From an uncultured Nitrospinota bacterium (lineage in GTDB: Bacteria > Nitrospinota > Nitrospinia > UBA9942): a DNA stretch of 34,873 bases. Of this stretch, positions 22,773 through 33,028 are shown piece after piece; position 1 is the first letter of the stretch; the number at the start of each line of letters is the position of its first letter. Position numbers and translations under genes: made by a program. The stretch is taken from NCBI GenBank assembly GCA_964391545.1, contig CAYMMR010000002.1:1-34873 (forward strand), read 5' to 3'. Under the pieces are notes generated by a model. The model was not told the DNA's origin, did no database searches, and saw only the letters and a list, made by a program, of their open reading frames with translations.

Positions 22773-22788
22773 TGCAAATCAGATGCCG
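22773..22788 (-). promoter_or_regulatory. sigma54 (-24/-12) promoter of the flgB operon
   Basis: The minus strand reads CGGCATCTGATTTGCA (GG-N10-GC). It is 27 nt upstream of the flgB ATG and is followed by the same AAAGGAGATTTTATGGA leader as fliK. Confidence 0.7.
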
Positions 22789-22933
22789 AATATTATTTAC
22801 AAATGAAATTCTAATAATTTCAAATAGTTATAATTATTGTATAGGCAAAAGTTTCCCCTATTTCAAAGTTAAGACATTAAAACCTCCTCTAAAGTCATTT
22901 ATTTGACATGAACATTTTCTTTAAGTAGACGAT

Positions 22934-23052
22934 ACTGAAAAATGACTTTTTTGAACGACTTTTTAGTTTTTCTTTTGTTCCATAATGTAATAATTTCAAT
23001 AAAATAAAGCAAAAGAAAAAATAACGGAAGTGAAAAAAGGTCATTTTTCAGT
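22934..23052 (+). repeat. long-hairpin element copy C (119 nt)
   Basis: ACTGAAAAATGAC TTTTTT GAACGAC ... TAACGGAAGTG AAAAAAG GTCATTTTTCAGT. In the divergent region upstream of flgB. Confidence 0.9.
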
Positions 23053-23086
23053 GCGAACTAAGTAAGAAAACTATTCTTACCAATCA

Positions 23087-23115
23087 TTGACACTTTATAA
23101 ATATTTCTGTAAGCT
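23087..23115 (+). promoter_or_regulatory. candidate sigma70 promoter for the AcdB-like gene
   Basis: TTGACA-N17-TAAGCT, 33 nt upstream of the ATG at 23149. SD is AAGGGGA. Confidence 0.35.
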
Positions 23116-23148
23116 TGATTAAGGTTAAAAGGGGATGGAAATTTTCCA

Positions 23149-23865
23149 ATGAATAAACAAAAAATAGAAAAAATCATAAAAGATGCACTAACTGCAGGAA
23201 GAAAATCCCTGCTTGAGCCGGAGGCAAAGACGCTCATCTCCACATTGGGCATATCAATACCTAAATCAATTCTTATTAAAAGAGAAAAAGATATAGTAGC
23301 GGCGGCAAAAAAACTCTCCCCTCCTTATGTTTTAAAAGTTATATCTTATGATATTCTTCACAAAAGTGAAGCAGGGGGAGTAATAACCGGAATAAGCGAT
23401 TTTAAAGGATTAAACCAAGCGCGGGTAAAAATAATTAAAAATATTAATAAATATATTCCTGGAGCTACAATAGATGGTTTTCTTCTCGAAGAGATGGCGC
23501 CAAATGGAGTAGAGGTTATTATTGGGGCATTAAGAGACCCTCAGTTTGGACCCACGGTTATGTTCGGGATAGGGGGCATTGCAGTAGAACTCTTGAAGGA
23601 TGTATCCTACAGGCTTGCACCAATTAACAAAAAAGATGCCTTCGATATGATAAAGGAAGTAAAGTCATACCCCTTGCTGACAGGGTTCAGAGGCTCTAAT
23701 CCTGTGGATTTGGAAAACATAGCGTCTGTTATTATAAAGCTGTCCGAGATATTAATTAAAATAGAGGATATAAAAGAAATCGAAATAAACCCCCTGATTG
23801 TTTATGAAAAGGGTGTGAAGGCAGTGGATGCAAGGGTGGTGTTAAATCGAAAGGATAAATCTTAA
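23149..23865 (+). CDS. ATP-grasp domain protein, ADP-forming acetyl-CoA synthetase beta-subunit (AcdB)-like
   Basis: LEPEAKTLISTLGISIP..PPYVLKVISYDILHKSEAGGVITGI..IDGFLLEEM..VEVIIGALRDPQFGPTVMFGIGG pattern. Confidence 0.65.
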   Translation: MNKQKIEKIIKDALTAGRKSLLEPEAKTLISTLGISIPKSILIKREKDIVAAAKKLSPPYVLKVISYDILHKSEAGGVITGISDFKGLNQARVKIIKNINKYIPGATIDGFLLEEMAPNGVEVIIGALRDPQFGPTVMFGIGGIAVELLKDVSYRLAPINKKDAFDMIKEVKSYPLLTGFRGSNPVDLENIASVIIKLSEILIKIEDIKEIEINPLIVYEKGVKAVDARVVLNRKDKS

Positions 23866-23955
23866 ACTTAATACCCCTGCTCTTCCAGTTTTTTCCTCTC
23901 CATTAACCTCCACTTGTAAATCCCGCACCCCTCTTTTTTATTTTTTATTTTTTCA

Positions 23956-23983
23956 TTGAAAAACTAACAACATATAGTATAAT
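23956..23983 (+). promoter_or_regulatory. sigma70-type promoter giving a leaderless DUF1640 mRNA
   Basis: TTGAAA-N16-TATAAT. The -10 element ends 6 nt before the ATG at 23990 and there is no SD. Confidence 0.55.
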
Positions 23984-23989
23984 GCAGTC

Positions 23990-24235
23990 ATGGAAACAGT
24001 ATTTGATACACTAAAGATATACGAACGACTTAAAAAAGCTGACCTGCCGGATATAGCTGCTAAAGAGATAGCAGAAGTCTTCAGAGAAACTATAGGAGAA
24101 CGTCTCGTAACAAAAGAGTATCTTGACCTTCGATTAAAAGAACTGGAAGTTGAAATTAGACTTCTTAAATGGATGGTAGGTGTCATATTAGCCGGTGTCA
24201 TATCCCTTGTCTTGAAAATTTTTTTCATACCGTAA
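23990..24235 (+). CDS. DUF1640 (coiled-coil, C-terminal TM) protein, probably leaderless
   Basis: FDTLKIYERLKKADLPDIAAKEIAEVF...LLKWMVGVILAGVISLVLKIFF. TATAAT ends 6 nt before the ATG. Confidence 0.6.
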   Translation: METVFDTLKIYERLKKADLPDIAAKEIAEVFRETIGERLVTKEYLDLRLKELEVEIRLLKWMVGVILAGVISLVLKIFFIP

Positions 24236-24352
24236 TCCTTTCATAAGGACATCCAGATACAGTGCAGAAAGGCTTTTTGACAAATTGGGCGGTCAGAACA
24301 AAACATCTGTCAAAGTTTTAAATAACTCTCAATCTTCTTCAAATCATGCTTC

Positions 24353-25312
24353 CTACCTCTCCTTGAATGCGCCCATATTTCTGAATTTCTCCCTCCTCTG
24401 TCCGACTAAATCCTTTGGCGGAATATAGGCAAGCTCCTGTAAATGCCTCCTTAAAACCCTTCTCAATATTCCTGCGGTTGCAGAGGGGTTTCTGTGCGCG
24501 CCTCCGAGAGGCTCTTTTATTATCTCGTCAATTACACCTAATTTAAACAAGTCGTCGGAAGTCAGGCAGAGAGACTCTGCCGCCTCCTCGACCTTTTTAC
24601 AGTCATCCCATAGTATTGCGGCGCAGCCTTCGGGAGATATTACCGAATAAACGGAATGTTCGAGCATAAGAACTCTATTTCCTACACCCAATGCCAGAGC
24701 GCCGCCGCTCCCTCCCTCCCCTATTACTACAGCTATTATAGGAACCGATATATTAGCCATTTCGAGCAAATTTCTTGCAATAGCTTCTGCCTGCCCCCTC
24801 TCCTCCGCACCGATACCGGGATATGCGCCGGGGGTATCGAGTAAAGTTATAATAGGTTTCCCGAATTTCTCCGCAAACTTCATAAGCCTGAGCGCCTTTC
24901 TATACCCTTCGGGCTGAGGCATGCCAAAGTTTCTATACATTTTCTCTTTCAGGTCCCTCCCCTTCTGATGCCCTATTATAAATACGCTCCATTCCTCCAG
25001 CCTGGCGATTCCTCCAACAATGGAATGGCAGTCGCCAAAATGCCTATCGCCGTGCAGCTCTACGAAGTCCTCCGTCATCATACTTATGTAATCCATTGTG
25101 TATGGACGCGCAGGGTGTCTTGCAAGCTGTGTTCTCTGCCATCTGGTAAGCCTTGAAAGGAGGGAATCTTTAAGCCTGTTTGCCTTTTTATGCAGCCGTC
25201 TTATCTCGCCGGAAAAGTCAACGCCGTTATTTTTAGAAAGAGAGCGCAATTCGGCTATCTTTTTTTCAAGCTCTATTATAGGTTCTTCAAAATCAAGATA
25301 TTGTCCTGCCAT
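24353..25312 (-). CDS. accA: acetyl-CoA carboxylase carboxyltransferase alpha subunit AccA
   Basis: [23 protein letters not shown] start, [33 protein letters not shown]. Start trimmed to nt 25312. The upstream in-frame 23 codons are repeat-encoded (see finding). Confidence 0.9.
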   Translation of the reverse strand: MAGQYLDFEEPIIELEKKIAELRSLSKNNGVDFSGEIRRLHKKANRLKDSLLSRLTRWQRTQLARHPARPYTMDYISMMTEDFVELHGDRHFGDCHSIVGGIARLEEWSVFIIGHQKGRDLKEKMYRNFGMPQPEGYRKALRLMKFAEKFGKPIITLLDTPGAYPGIGAEERGQAEAIARNLLEMANISVPIIAVVIGEGGSGGALALGVGNRVLMLEHSVYSVISPEGCAAILWDDCKKVEEAAESLCLTSDDLFKLGVIDEIIKEPLGGAHRNPSATAGILRRVLRRHLQELAYIPPKDLVGQRREKFRNMGAFKER

Positions 25313-25318
25313 ATTTAA

Positions 25319-25400
25319 GGGGCAAGGGACAAGGGGCAAGGGACAAGGGACAAGAAAAGTAACTGTTTTTACTTGACCCATGACCCATGACCCATGACCC
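25319..25400. repeat. GGGGCAA/CATGACC-subfamily hairpin: (GGGGCAA/GGGACAA)x5 - 17-nt spacer - CTTGACC(CATGACC)x3C
   Basis: Fills the dnaE stop (25402) to accA start (25312) gap. Confidence 0.92.
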
Positions 25401-25401
25401 T

Positions 25402-28400
25402 TTATTCAAAGTATACCACATCATCTCCAAAGATACCTTCAATATCTTTAATCATCAAATCATCCGGGGAGACCTGAAAAGTTTTATCAAGCCCTATGTT
25501 TATCTGGCTCTTATCCGGGAAAAAAATATGGAGGAAGATGTTATTTTTCCCTTTTCTCAACGATAAAACCTCTTTCAAGCGAATCAGCGTATCCTTTTCC
25601 AGTCCTACCGCCTGAATGTTTATGTGAACCTTTGAAGAGAGCCTTTCCCTTATGTTTAAGAGAGAGAAAATCTCCCTTGCAATTATCTTTGTCGAATCGT
25701 CTTCTGCGCTTATGCTCCCCTTAACCCAGATAGGGTCTTCCCCTTCGATGAGGCTTAACGCCGTCTTATACAAGTCGGGAAATATTATCATCTCCGATGA
25801 GCCATGAAGGTCTTCGAGTGTCGCAAATGCCATTGTATCGCCCTTTTTCGTAACCTGAGTCCTGTATTTGCTTATAACCCCTGCAATGCTTATCTCCCTC
25901 CCGTTCTTTATATCCTGAAGGGTCTGAGTATTTACATTCGTAAAATGTCTTATATCTTTTTCGAATCTCGAGAGGGGATGTCCGGATATATAAAAACCAA
26001 GGGATTCTTTTTCATAGGATAAAAGTTCCTTTTCTGTCCATTCTAAATCAGGGACTGGAGACTGGAGACTGGAGACTTGTTTTTTACCGGCGCCAAGCCC
26101 CAAGCCTCCAGCCCCTATCCCAAAATTATCGAACATATTATACTGCCCTCTCTCCCTGTCTTTCTGAACTGTCTGTGCGTTGTTTATAGTCGCATCGAGG
26201 CCGTTTATCATGGATGCCCTATAGGTTTTTGGAGATAGGTTTTTAGAATCGGCTGTCCCGTCGAATGCACCGCACTTTATGAGGCTTTCTATTACCTTTC
26301 TGTTTACCGCCCTCAAATCAACACTCTCGCAAAAATCCATCAGGGAGTTAAAACTACCCTTTGCCTCTCTTGCCTTCAATATCGCCTCTACTGCGCTTCC
26401 TCCTACATTTTTTACAGCCGCAAGGCCAAACCTAATTCCTCCCCTTGCCCCTTCCTCATAAGCGGTTGTAAAATCGCTAAAACTCTCATTAATATCCGGC
26501 GGAAGCACCAGTATACCCATATCCTTGCACTCGGCTATATACTGTATCAGCTTATCCGTATTCCCCATTTCGCTCGAAAGCAGCGCAGACATAAACTCCA
26601 GCGGATAGTGCGACTTGAGATATGCTGTCTGATAAGCAACAAGGGCATAAGCAGCGCTGTGCGATTTATTAAACCCGTAACCTGCAAAATGCTCCATCAG
26701 GTCGAATATCTTATCCGCCTTATCCTCCGGTATCCCTTTGGCTGCGGCGCCCTTTACAAACTTCTCCCTCTGCTGAGCCATCTCCTCGGGTTTCTTCTTA
26801 CCCATCGCCCTTCTGAGCGTATCCGCAGCCCCCATGCTGAAGCCGCCGAGCGTTCCGGCTATTCTCATAACCTGCTCCTGATAAAGTATTACGCCATAAG
26901 TCTCCTTCAAAATATCATCCAATTGTGGAACTATATTTTTTATAGAAACGGTTCCGTGTTTTCTTTTAATAAAATCATCCACCATTCCGCTGCCGAGCGG
27001 TCCCGGGCGGTATAATGCAACCAGGGCTATAACATCCTCAAAAACCTCCGGTTTTAACTTCCTTAATATATCCCTCAATCCCGAGCTTTCAAGCTGAAAT
27101 ACGCCAAATGTTCTTGCATCGCTCAAGAGCTTATATGTATCTTTATCGTCCAAAGGTATATTCTCTATATTGAAATCCTTCTCATATTTACTCCTGATAA
27201 GCTCCTCTGTTTTTCTTATAACAGTAAGAGTTCTCAAGCCGAGGAAATCCATCTTTAATAGCCCGAGTTTTTCAATATCCTCCATCGGATACTGGGTCGT
27301 TATCTCGCCCCTATTAGCCTTATAAAGAGGCATGAATTCCGTAAGAGGCGCAGGAGATATGACAACGCCCGCTGCATGGGTTGAGGCGTGTCTCGGAAGC
27401 CCCTCGAGCCTTCTCGCTATATCGAGGAGGCTCTTAACCCTCTCGTCCTTTTTTTCGAACTCCTTAAATCTCGGCTCTTCTTTTATCGCATCGTCCAGCG
27501 TGATATTCAGCCTGTTCGGAACCAATTTGGCAATCCTGTCCGCATCGCTGTATGGCATTGCCATCGCCCTGCCTACATCTCTTATAACCGCCTTTGCATT
27601 CATGCTTCCAAAAGTTATTATCTGTGCGACATTTCCGTATTTTTCCGTTACATAGGCTATTACCTCGTCTCTCCTTTCCATGCAGAAATCTATATCTATA
27701 TCCGGCATGCTTATCCTCTCCGGGTTTAAAAACCTCTCGAAGAGCAGTCCATATTTTATCGGGTCGAGGTCGGTAATCCGTAAAGAGTAAGCAACCAGAC
27801 TTCCCGCTGCAGACCCCCTGCCGGGTCCCACAGGGATCCCTTTTCTTCGCGCATAATCTATAAAGTCCCACACGATGAGAAAATATCCCGAGTATCCCAT
27901 AGTCTTTATCATCTTGATCTCATTTTCCAATCTATCGAAATATACCTTTCTTATATCTTCTTCTGCCCCCTGACCCCTGACCCCCGACCCTTCTTTTTTA
28001 AGCCTTGCCTCCAAGCCGTGTATTGCCATATCACGAAGGTAGCCGTCCAGAGTAGTATCGGAAGGGACATCGTAGCGCGGCAGGTGAATCTGGTCGAATC
28101 TCATATCCAGATTGCATCTCTCCGCTATTTCCATAGTGTTTGAGATAGCCTCCGGCGCCTCTTTAAAGAGGTGCTTCATCTCCTGAGGAGATTTAAAATA
28201 AAACTGATTCGTAGTAAACCGCATCCTCTTAGGGTCGTCGGTCGTCTTGCCCGTCTGAATGCAGAGGAGAATCTCATGTGCATCGGCATCCTTTTCATCC
28301 ATATAATGGCAATCGTTTGTAGCTGCAAGCGGGATGGAGAGCTTCTTTGCCATCTCCAGCATATCCCTGTTTATACCCTTCTGGTCGGGTATATTCTGGT

Positions 28401-28944
28401 CCTGAATCTCGAGATAAAACCTTCGCTCCCCCATTATATCCTTATAAAATGAGGCTGCCTTATATGCGTCGTCCTTCTGCCCTTTATGAAGAAGCCTCTG
28501 TATCTCGCCCTTCATGCAGCTGCTCAAGACTATAAGACCTTCGGTATGCTTCGACAAAATTTCCTTGTCTATACGGGGTCTGTAATAAAAACCCTCTAAA
28601 TAGCCTGCGCTTACCAGCAATACAAGATTTTTATATCCTGCGGCATTCTTTGCAAGCAGAATAAGGTGATAGGAGCTGTCCGATATTCCTTCCTGCGACG
28701 ATTTTTCAAATCTGCTTGTCGGCGCAACATAGACCTCGCAGCCGATAATAGGCTTAATGCCGTATTTCTTCGCGGTCCTGTAAAAATCAACCGCGCCGAA
28801 CATATTGCCGTGGTCGGTTATGGCAAGGGACGGCATTTTGTATTCGCACGCCTTTTTAAAGAGAGGTTCGAGACGAATAGCGCCGTCTAACAAGCTGTAT
28901 TGGGTATGTAGATGCAGATGGACAAAATCGGAATGATGCATCAT
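25402..28944 (-). CDS. dnaE: DNA polymerase III alpha subunit DnaE, with two repeat-derived in-frame segments
   Basis: PHP motif [32 protein letters not shown], and OB-fold C-terminus. 1180 aa. Confidence 0.97.
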   Translation of the reverse strand: MMHHSDFVHLHLHTQYSLLDGAIRLEPLFKKACEYKMPSLAITDHGNMFGAVDFYRTAKKYGIKPIIGCEVYVAPTSRFEKSSQEGISDSSYHLILLAKNAAGYKNLVLLVSAGYLEGFYYRPRIDKEILSKHTEGLIVLSSCMKGEIQRLLHKGQKDDAYKAASFYKDIMGERRFYLEIQDQNIPDQKGINRDMLEMAKKLSIPLAATNDCHYMDEKDADAHEILLCIQTGKTTDDPKRMRFTTNQFYFKSPQEMKHLFKEAPEAISNTMEIAERCNLDMRFDQIHLPRYDVPSDTTLDGYLRDMAIHGLEARLKKEGSGVRGQGAEEDIRKVYFDRLENEIKMIKTMGYSGYFLIVWDFIDYARRKGIPVGPGRGSAAGSLVAYSLRITDLDPIKYGLLFERFLNPERISMPDIDIDFCMERRDEVIAYVTEKYGNVAQIITFGSMNAKAVIRDVGRAMAMPYSDADRIAKLVPNRLNITLDDAIKEEPRFKEFEKKDERVKSLLDIARRLEGLPRHASTHAAGVVISPAPLTEFMPLYKANRGEITTQYPMEDIEKLGLLKMDFLGLRTLTVIRKTEELIRSKYEKDFNIENIPLDDKDTYKLLSDARTFGVFQLESSGLRDILRKLKPEVFEDVIALVALYRPGPLGSGMVDDFIKRKHGTVSIKNIVPQLDDILKETYGVILYQEQVMRIAGTLGGFSMGAADTLRRAMGKKKPEEMAQQREKFVKGAAAKGIPEDKADKIFDLMEHFAGYGFNKSHSAAYALVAYQTAYLKSHYPLEFMSALLSSEMGNTDKLIQYIAECKDMGILVLPPDINESFSDFTTAYEEGARGGIRFGLAAVKNVGGSAVEAILKAREAKGSFNSLMDFCESVDLRAVNRKVIESLIKCGAFDGTADSKNLSPKTYRASMINGLDATINNAQTVQKDRERGQYNMFDNFGIGAGGLGLGAGKKQVSSLQSPVPDLEWTEKELLSYEKESLGFYISGHPLSRFEKDIRHFTNVNTQTLQDIKNGREISIAGVISKYRTQVTKKGDTMAFATLEDLHGSSEMIIFPDLYKTALSLIEGEDPIWVKGSISAEDDSTKIIAREIFSLLNIRERLSSKVHINIQAVGLEKDTLIRLKEVLSLRKGKNNIFLHIFFPDKSQINIGLDKTFQVSPDDLMIKDIEGIFGDDVVYFE
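26051..26115. repeat. periodic-arm hairpin, 7-nt units: GGGACT(GGAGACT)x2 GGAGAC - 16-nt spacer - CCAAGCC CCAAGCC TCCAGCC CC, inside dnaE
   Basis: Read directly. Encodes [22 protein letters not shown]. The arms pair with G:U on the mRNA (minus) strand. Confidence 0.85.
27966..27990. repeat. single-arm heptamer array CCCCTGA CCCCTGA CCCCCGA CCC inside dnaE
   Basis: Read directly. Encodes GSGVRGQGA. Confidence 0.8.
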
Positions 28945-28946
28945 GA

Positions 28947-29015
28947 GATTTGGGATTTGGGATTTGGGATTTGGGATTTTTCAAAATCCAAAATCAAAAA
29001 TCCAAAATCAAAAAT
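28947..29015. repeat. periodic-arm hairpin, 7-nt units: (GATTTGG)x4 GATTTTT - (CAAAATC/AAAAATC)x4
   Basis: Fills the FYDLN-acid stop (29016) to dnaE start (28944) gap. Confidence 0.92.
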
Positions 29016-29294
29016 TTAAAACTCCTCTTCCTCAATCTCTAACGGAACTTCTCCTTCATCCAGTATAAGATCTTCTTCTCCCTCTGCTCCGGGGATAGTC
29101 TCCTCTAATAATTCCTCCTCCGGCGGCATTACAACATCTCTATGGACTGCCCCGTGAGACGGCTTTTCCTGGCGGGGAGCTTCTGACTGATCCGCTCCGC
29201 ATTTAGGACATACTGCCTTAGATTTATTTAAATCATAAAATTTGCATCCGCATTTAAAACACTGATACCTGTTGCCATATTTGCTTTTTGTCAT
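29016..29294 (-). CDS. FYDLN-acid (TIGR02300-like) zinc-ribbon protein
   Basis: MTKSKYGNRYQCFKCGCKFYDLNKSKAVCPKCG plus an acidic tail EEEDLILDEGEVPLEIEEEEF. Start trimmed to nt 29294, because the upstream 23 codons are repeat-encoded. Confidence 0.75.
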   Translation of the reverse strand: MTKSKYGNRYQCFKCGCKFYDLNKSKAVCPKCGADQSEAPRQEKPSHGAVHRDVVMPPEEELLEETIPGAEGEEDLILDEGEVPLEIEEEEF

Positions 29295-29313
29295 AAATCC
29301 CTCCAAAAATTCA

Positions 29314-29375
29314 GGGGCAAGGGGCAAGGGGCAAGGGACAAGTATATTTTTATCTTGACCCATGACCCATGACCC
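29314..29375. repeat. GGGGCAA/CATGACC-subfamily hairpin: (GGGGCAA)x3 GGGACAAG - TATATTTTTAT - CTTGACC CATGACC CATGACCC
   Basis: Fills the guaA stop (29386) to FYDLN-acid start (29294) gap. Confidence 0.92.
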
Positions 29376-29385
29376 TTCTGTTTTC

Positions 29386-30957
29386 CTATTCCCACTCTAT
29401 CGTGCTCGGTGGTTTTGAGCTGATGTCATAAACAACCCTGTTTACCCCTTTTACCTCATTAATTATACGATTCGATATGCTGCCAAGCAAATCATAAGGA
29501 AGCTTTGCCCAATCGGCAGTCATGCCGTCCGTGCTTGTTACAGCCCTAAGCCCTATAACATTCTCATAAGTCCTTTCATCCCCCATAACACCAACTGTCT
29601 TGACAGGCAAAAGGACTGCAAAAGACTGCCATATCTCCCTGTAAAGACCTGCCTTTTTAATCTCCTCGAGGACAATTGCATCAGCCTCTCTCAATATATC
29701 GAGCCTCTCCTTTGTAACCTCGCCTAAAACCCGTATAGCAAGCCCCGGTCCCGGGAACGGCTGGCGCCACAAAACATCATCAGGCATATCCAATTCCTTG
29801 CCGAGAAGCCTTACCTCATCTTTAAACAATTCCCTCAAAGGTTCGATTAACTCAAACTCCATATCCGTAGGGAGCCCTCCTACATTGTGATGCGTCTTTA
29901 TTGTAGCAGACGGACCTTTAAATGATATGCTTTCGATTACATCCGGGTAAAGCGTTCCCTGCGCAAGAAAATCGAACCCCCCTATTTTTTTTGATTCATC
30001 TTCGAATACTGCGATAAATTCCCTTCCTATAATCTTCCTTTTTTCTTCCGGGTCGGTAACGGCTCTTAACTTATTTAAAAATCTCTCTTCTGCATCGGCA
30101 TATATCAATTTTATATGAAAATTATCTCTGAAAATGGATAAAACCTTCTCCGCCTCTCCCTTTCTCAACAGCCCGTTATTTACAAAAACACAAATAAGCC
30201 TGCCGCCTATCGCCTTATGCGCCAAAACCGCCGTAACCGATGAATCGACACCTCCGCTTAAAGCGCACATTACCCTCTTTTTGTCAACTATCTTTCTAAT
30301 ATTCTCTACAGAATATTCTGCAAAAGACGCCATTGTCCATGACGGAGAACAGCGGCAGATATTATAAAGAAAATTTTTAAAAAAATCCATACCTTTCGGA
30401 GTATGAGTTACCTCAGGGTGAAACTGGAGGCCGAAGAGCCTCGAATCCTTGAACTTCATGGCTGCAACAGGAGAATTATCGGTATGGGCAATACTTATAA
30501 ATCCATCCGGCATTTTTTCAATACGATCGCCGTGGCTCATCCAAACCGTAACGGAGCGTTGAGTGTTGGGTGTTGAGTGTTGAGAAATGTTTTTGAATAT
30601 ATCTGAATCGTCATCAATGAGCAGTTCTGCCTTTCCATATTCCCTTTTTGCCGATTTCGATACCACCCCGCCTAAAAGATGGGTCATCAACTGCATCCCA
30701 TAGCATATACCAAGCACAGGAATCCCAAGCTCAAACACCTTTTTATCCGCAATAGGAGCATCCTTTGCATAAACACTCGATGGACTGCCGGACAATATTA
30801 TCCCTTTCGGATTCTCCTTCTTAATCTTTTCAATCTCCGTATTAAACGGGACTATCTCGCAATATACCTTGCATTCTCTTACCCTTCTTGCAATCAACTG
30901 GGTATACTGAGAGCCGAAGTCGAGAATTAATATCTTTTCCTGATGTATGTCTTTCAT
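29386..30957 (-). CDS. guaA: GMP synthase (glutamine-hydrolysing) GuaA, with a repeat-derived loop
   Basis: GATase GICYGMQ, PP-loop SGGVDSS, C-terminal [10 protein letters not shown]. Confidence 0.97.
   Translation of the reverse strand: MKDIHQEKILILDFGSQYTQLIARRVRECKVYCEIVPFNTEIEKIKKENPKGIILSGSPSSVYAKDAPIADKKVFELGIPVLGICYGMQLMTHLLGGVVSKSAKREYGKAELLIDDDSDIFKNISQHSTPNTQRSVTVWMSHGDRIEKMPDGFISIAHTDNSPVAAMKFKDSRLFGLQFHPEVTHTPKGMDFFKNFLYNICRCSPSWTMASFAEYSVENIRKIVDKKRVMCALSGGVDSSVTAVLAHKAIGGRLICVFVNNGLLRKGEAEKVLSIFRDNFHIKLIYADAEERFLNKLRAVTDPEEKRKIIGREFIAVFEDESKKIGGFDFLAQGTLYPDVIESISFKGPSATIKTHHNVGGLPTDMEFELIEPLRELFKDEVRLLGKELDMPDDVLWRQPFPGPGLAIRVLGEVTKERLDILREADAIVLEEIKKAGLYREIWQSFAVLLPVKTVGVMGDERTYENVIGLRAVTSTDGMTADWAKLPYDLLGSISNRIINEVKGVNRVVYDISSKPPSTIEWE
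30556..30584. repeat. single-arm heptamer array GCGTTGA GTGTTGG GTGTTGA GTGTTGA G inside guaA
   Basis: Read directly. Encodes [10 protein letters not shown]. Confidence 0.85.
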
Positions 30958-31038
30958 AACAATATGATTTTGACTATTACAATAAAATATGCTATTTTTT
31001 TATTATAGCAAGATTTTTTTATTTCAGGAGGTGATAAA

Positions 31039-31281
31039 ATGCCGATATACGAATACAAATGCTCAAAATGCAGCAGCAGGTTTGAAATTATGCACCTGTC
31101 ATCGAAGCTGGAGAGCGCAGTCTGCCCGAAGTGCGGTTCGGGCAAAACCGAAAAACTTATGTCGTCCTTTGCGGCAGTCGGGTCGGGAAGCAACTCCGAC
31201 TCATGCGACACAGGAACCTGCGGTTATCCATCTTCCGGCGGCTACCCCCCATGCGGCGGCGGAACCTGCGGCATGATGTAA
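31039..31281 (+). CDS. FmdB-family zinc-ribbon regulatory protein (CxxC_CxxC_SSSS)
   Basis: MPIYEYKCSKCSSRFE..CPKCGSGKTEKLMSSF. Strong SD AGGAGGTGATAAAATG. Confidence 0.8.
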   Translation: MPIYEYKCSKCSSRFEIMHLSSKLESAVCPKCGSGKTEKLMSSFAAVGSGSNSDSCDTGTCGYPSSGGYPPCGGGTCGMM

Positions 31282-31304
31282 TTTTACCTAACTCTCCGAC
31301 TAAC

Positions 31305-31417
31305 ACGGCAAGACCCTTTTCCTGAATGACTTTTTATTTTTTCTTTTGTTCCATAATGTAATCTAAAAATAGTGCAAAAGAAAAAATAACGGAAGTGAAG
31401 GAAAAGGGTCTTGCCGT
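31305..31417 (+). repeat. long-hairpin element copy D (113 nt)
   Basis: ACGGCAAGACCC TTTTCCT GAATGAC ... TAACGGAAGTG AAGGAAAA GGGTCTTGCCGT. Between the convergent FmdB gene and guaB; possible bidirectional terminator. Confidence 0.9.
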
Positions 31418-31426
31418 CGTTATCAC

Positions 31427-32893
<1,467 letters not shown>

Positions 32894-32909
32894 TTACCTC
32901 CTTGATAAT

Positions 32910-33024
32910 ACTGCAAAACCTTCTTCTTCACTTCCGTTAATTTTCATTTTGTTCTATTTTTTTAATTATTACATTATGGTTCAAAATGAAAATTAAAAAG
33001 TCGTTCAGAAGAAGGTTTTGCAGT
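32910..33024 (-). repeat. long-hairpin element copy E (115 nt, inverted orientation)
   Basis: The minus strand reads ACTGCAAAACC TTCTTCT GAACGAC ... TAACGGAAGTG AAGAAGAA GGTTTTGCAGT. Fills the mutL stop (33029) to guaB start (32890) gap. Confidence 0.9.
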
Positions 33025-33028
33025 ATAT

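Noticed and set aside
25313-25381. N-terminal extensions [22 protein letters not shown] (accA), MGHGSSFYLSLAPCPSV (fliF, 21236-21298), MPLAPCFLTLFIGGF (flgC, 22233-22277) and [23 protein letters not shown] (FYDLN gene, 29295-29363)
   Set aside because: These near-identical peptides are read-through of the GGGGCAA/CATGACC repeat, which has no stops on this strand. The conserved protein N-termini begin at internal ATGs, most with their own SD. The accA case is kept as an open question in the findings.
27464-27871. 135-aa minus-strand ORF in an alternative frame inside dnaE
   Set aside because: It overlaps the conserved dnaE reading frame on the same strand. The product is Arg/Cys/Gly-rich with no motifs, so it is a frame artefact.
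28947-29015. Possible CRISPR array (this and the other tandem arrays)
   Set aside because: The units are 6-8 nt and directly abutting, with no 25-40-nt repeats, no unique spacers, no leader and no cas genes in the window.
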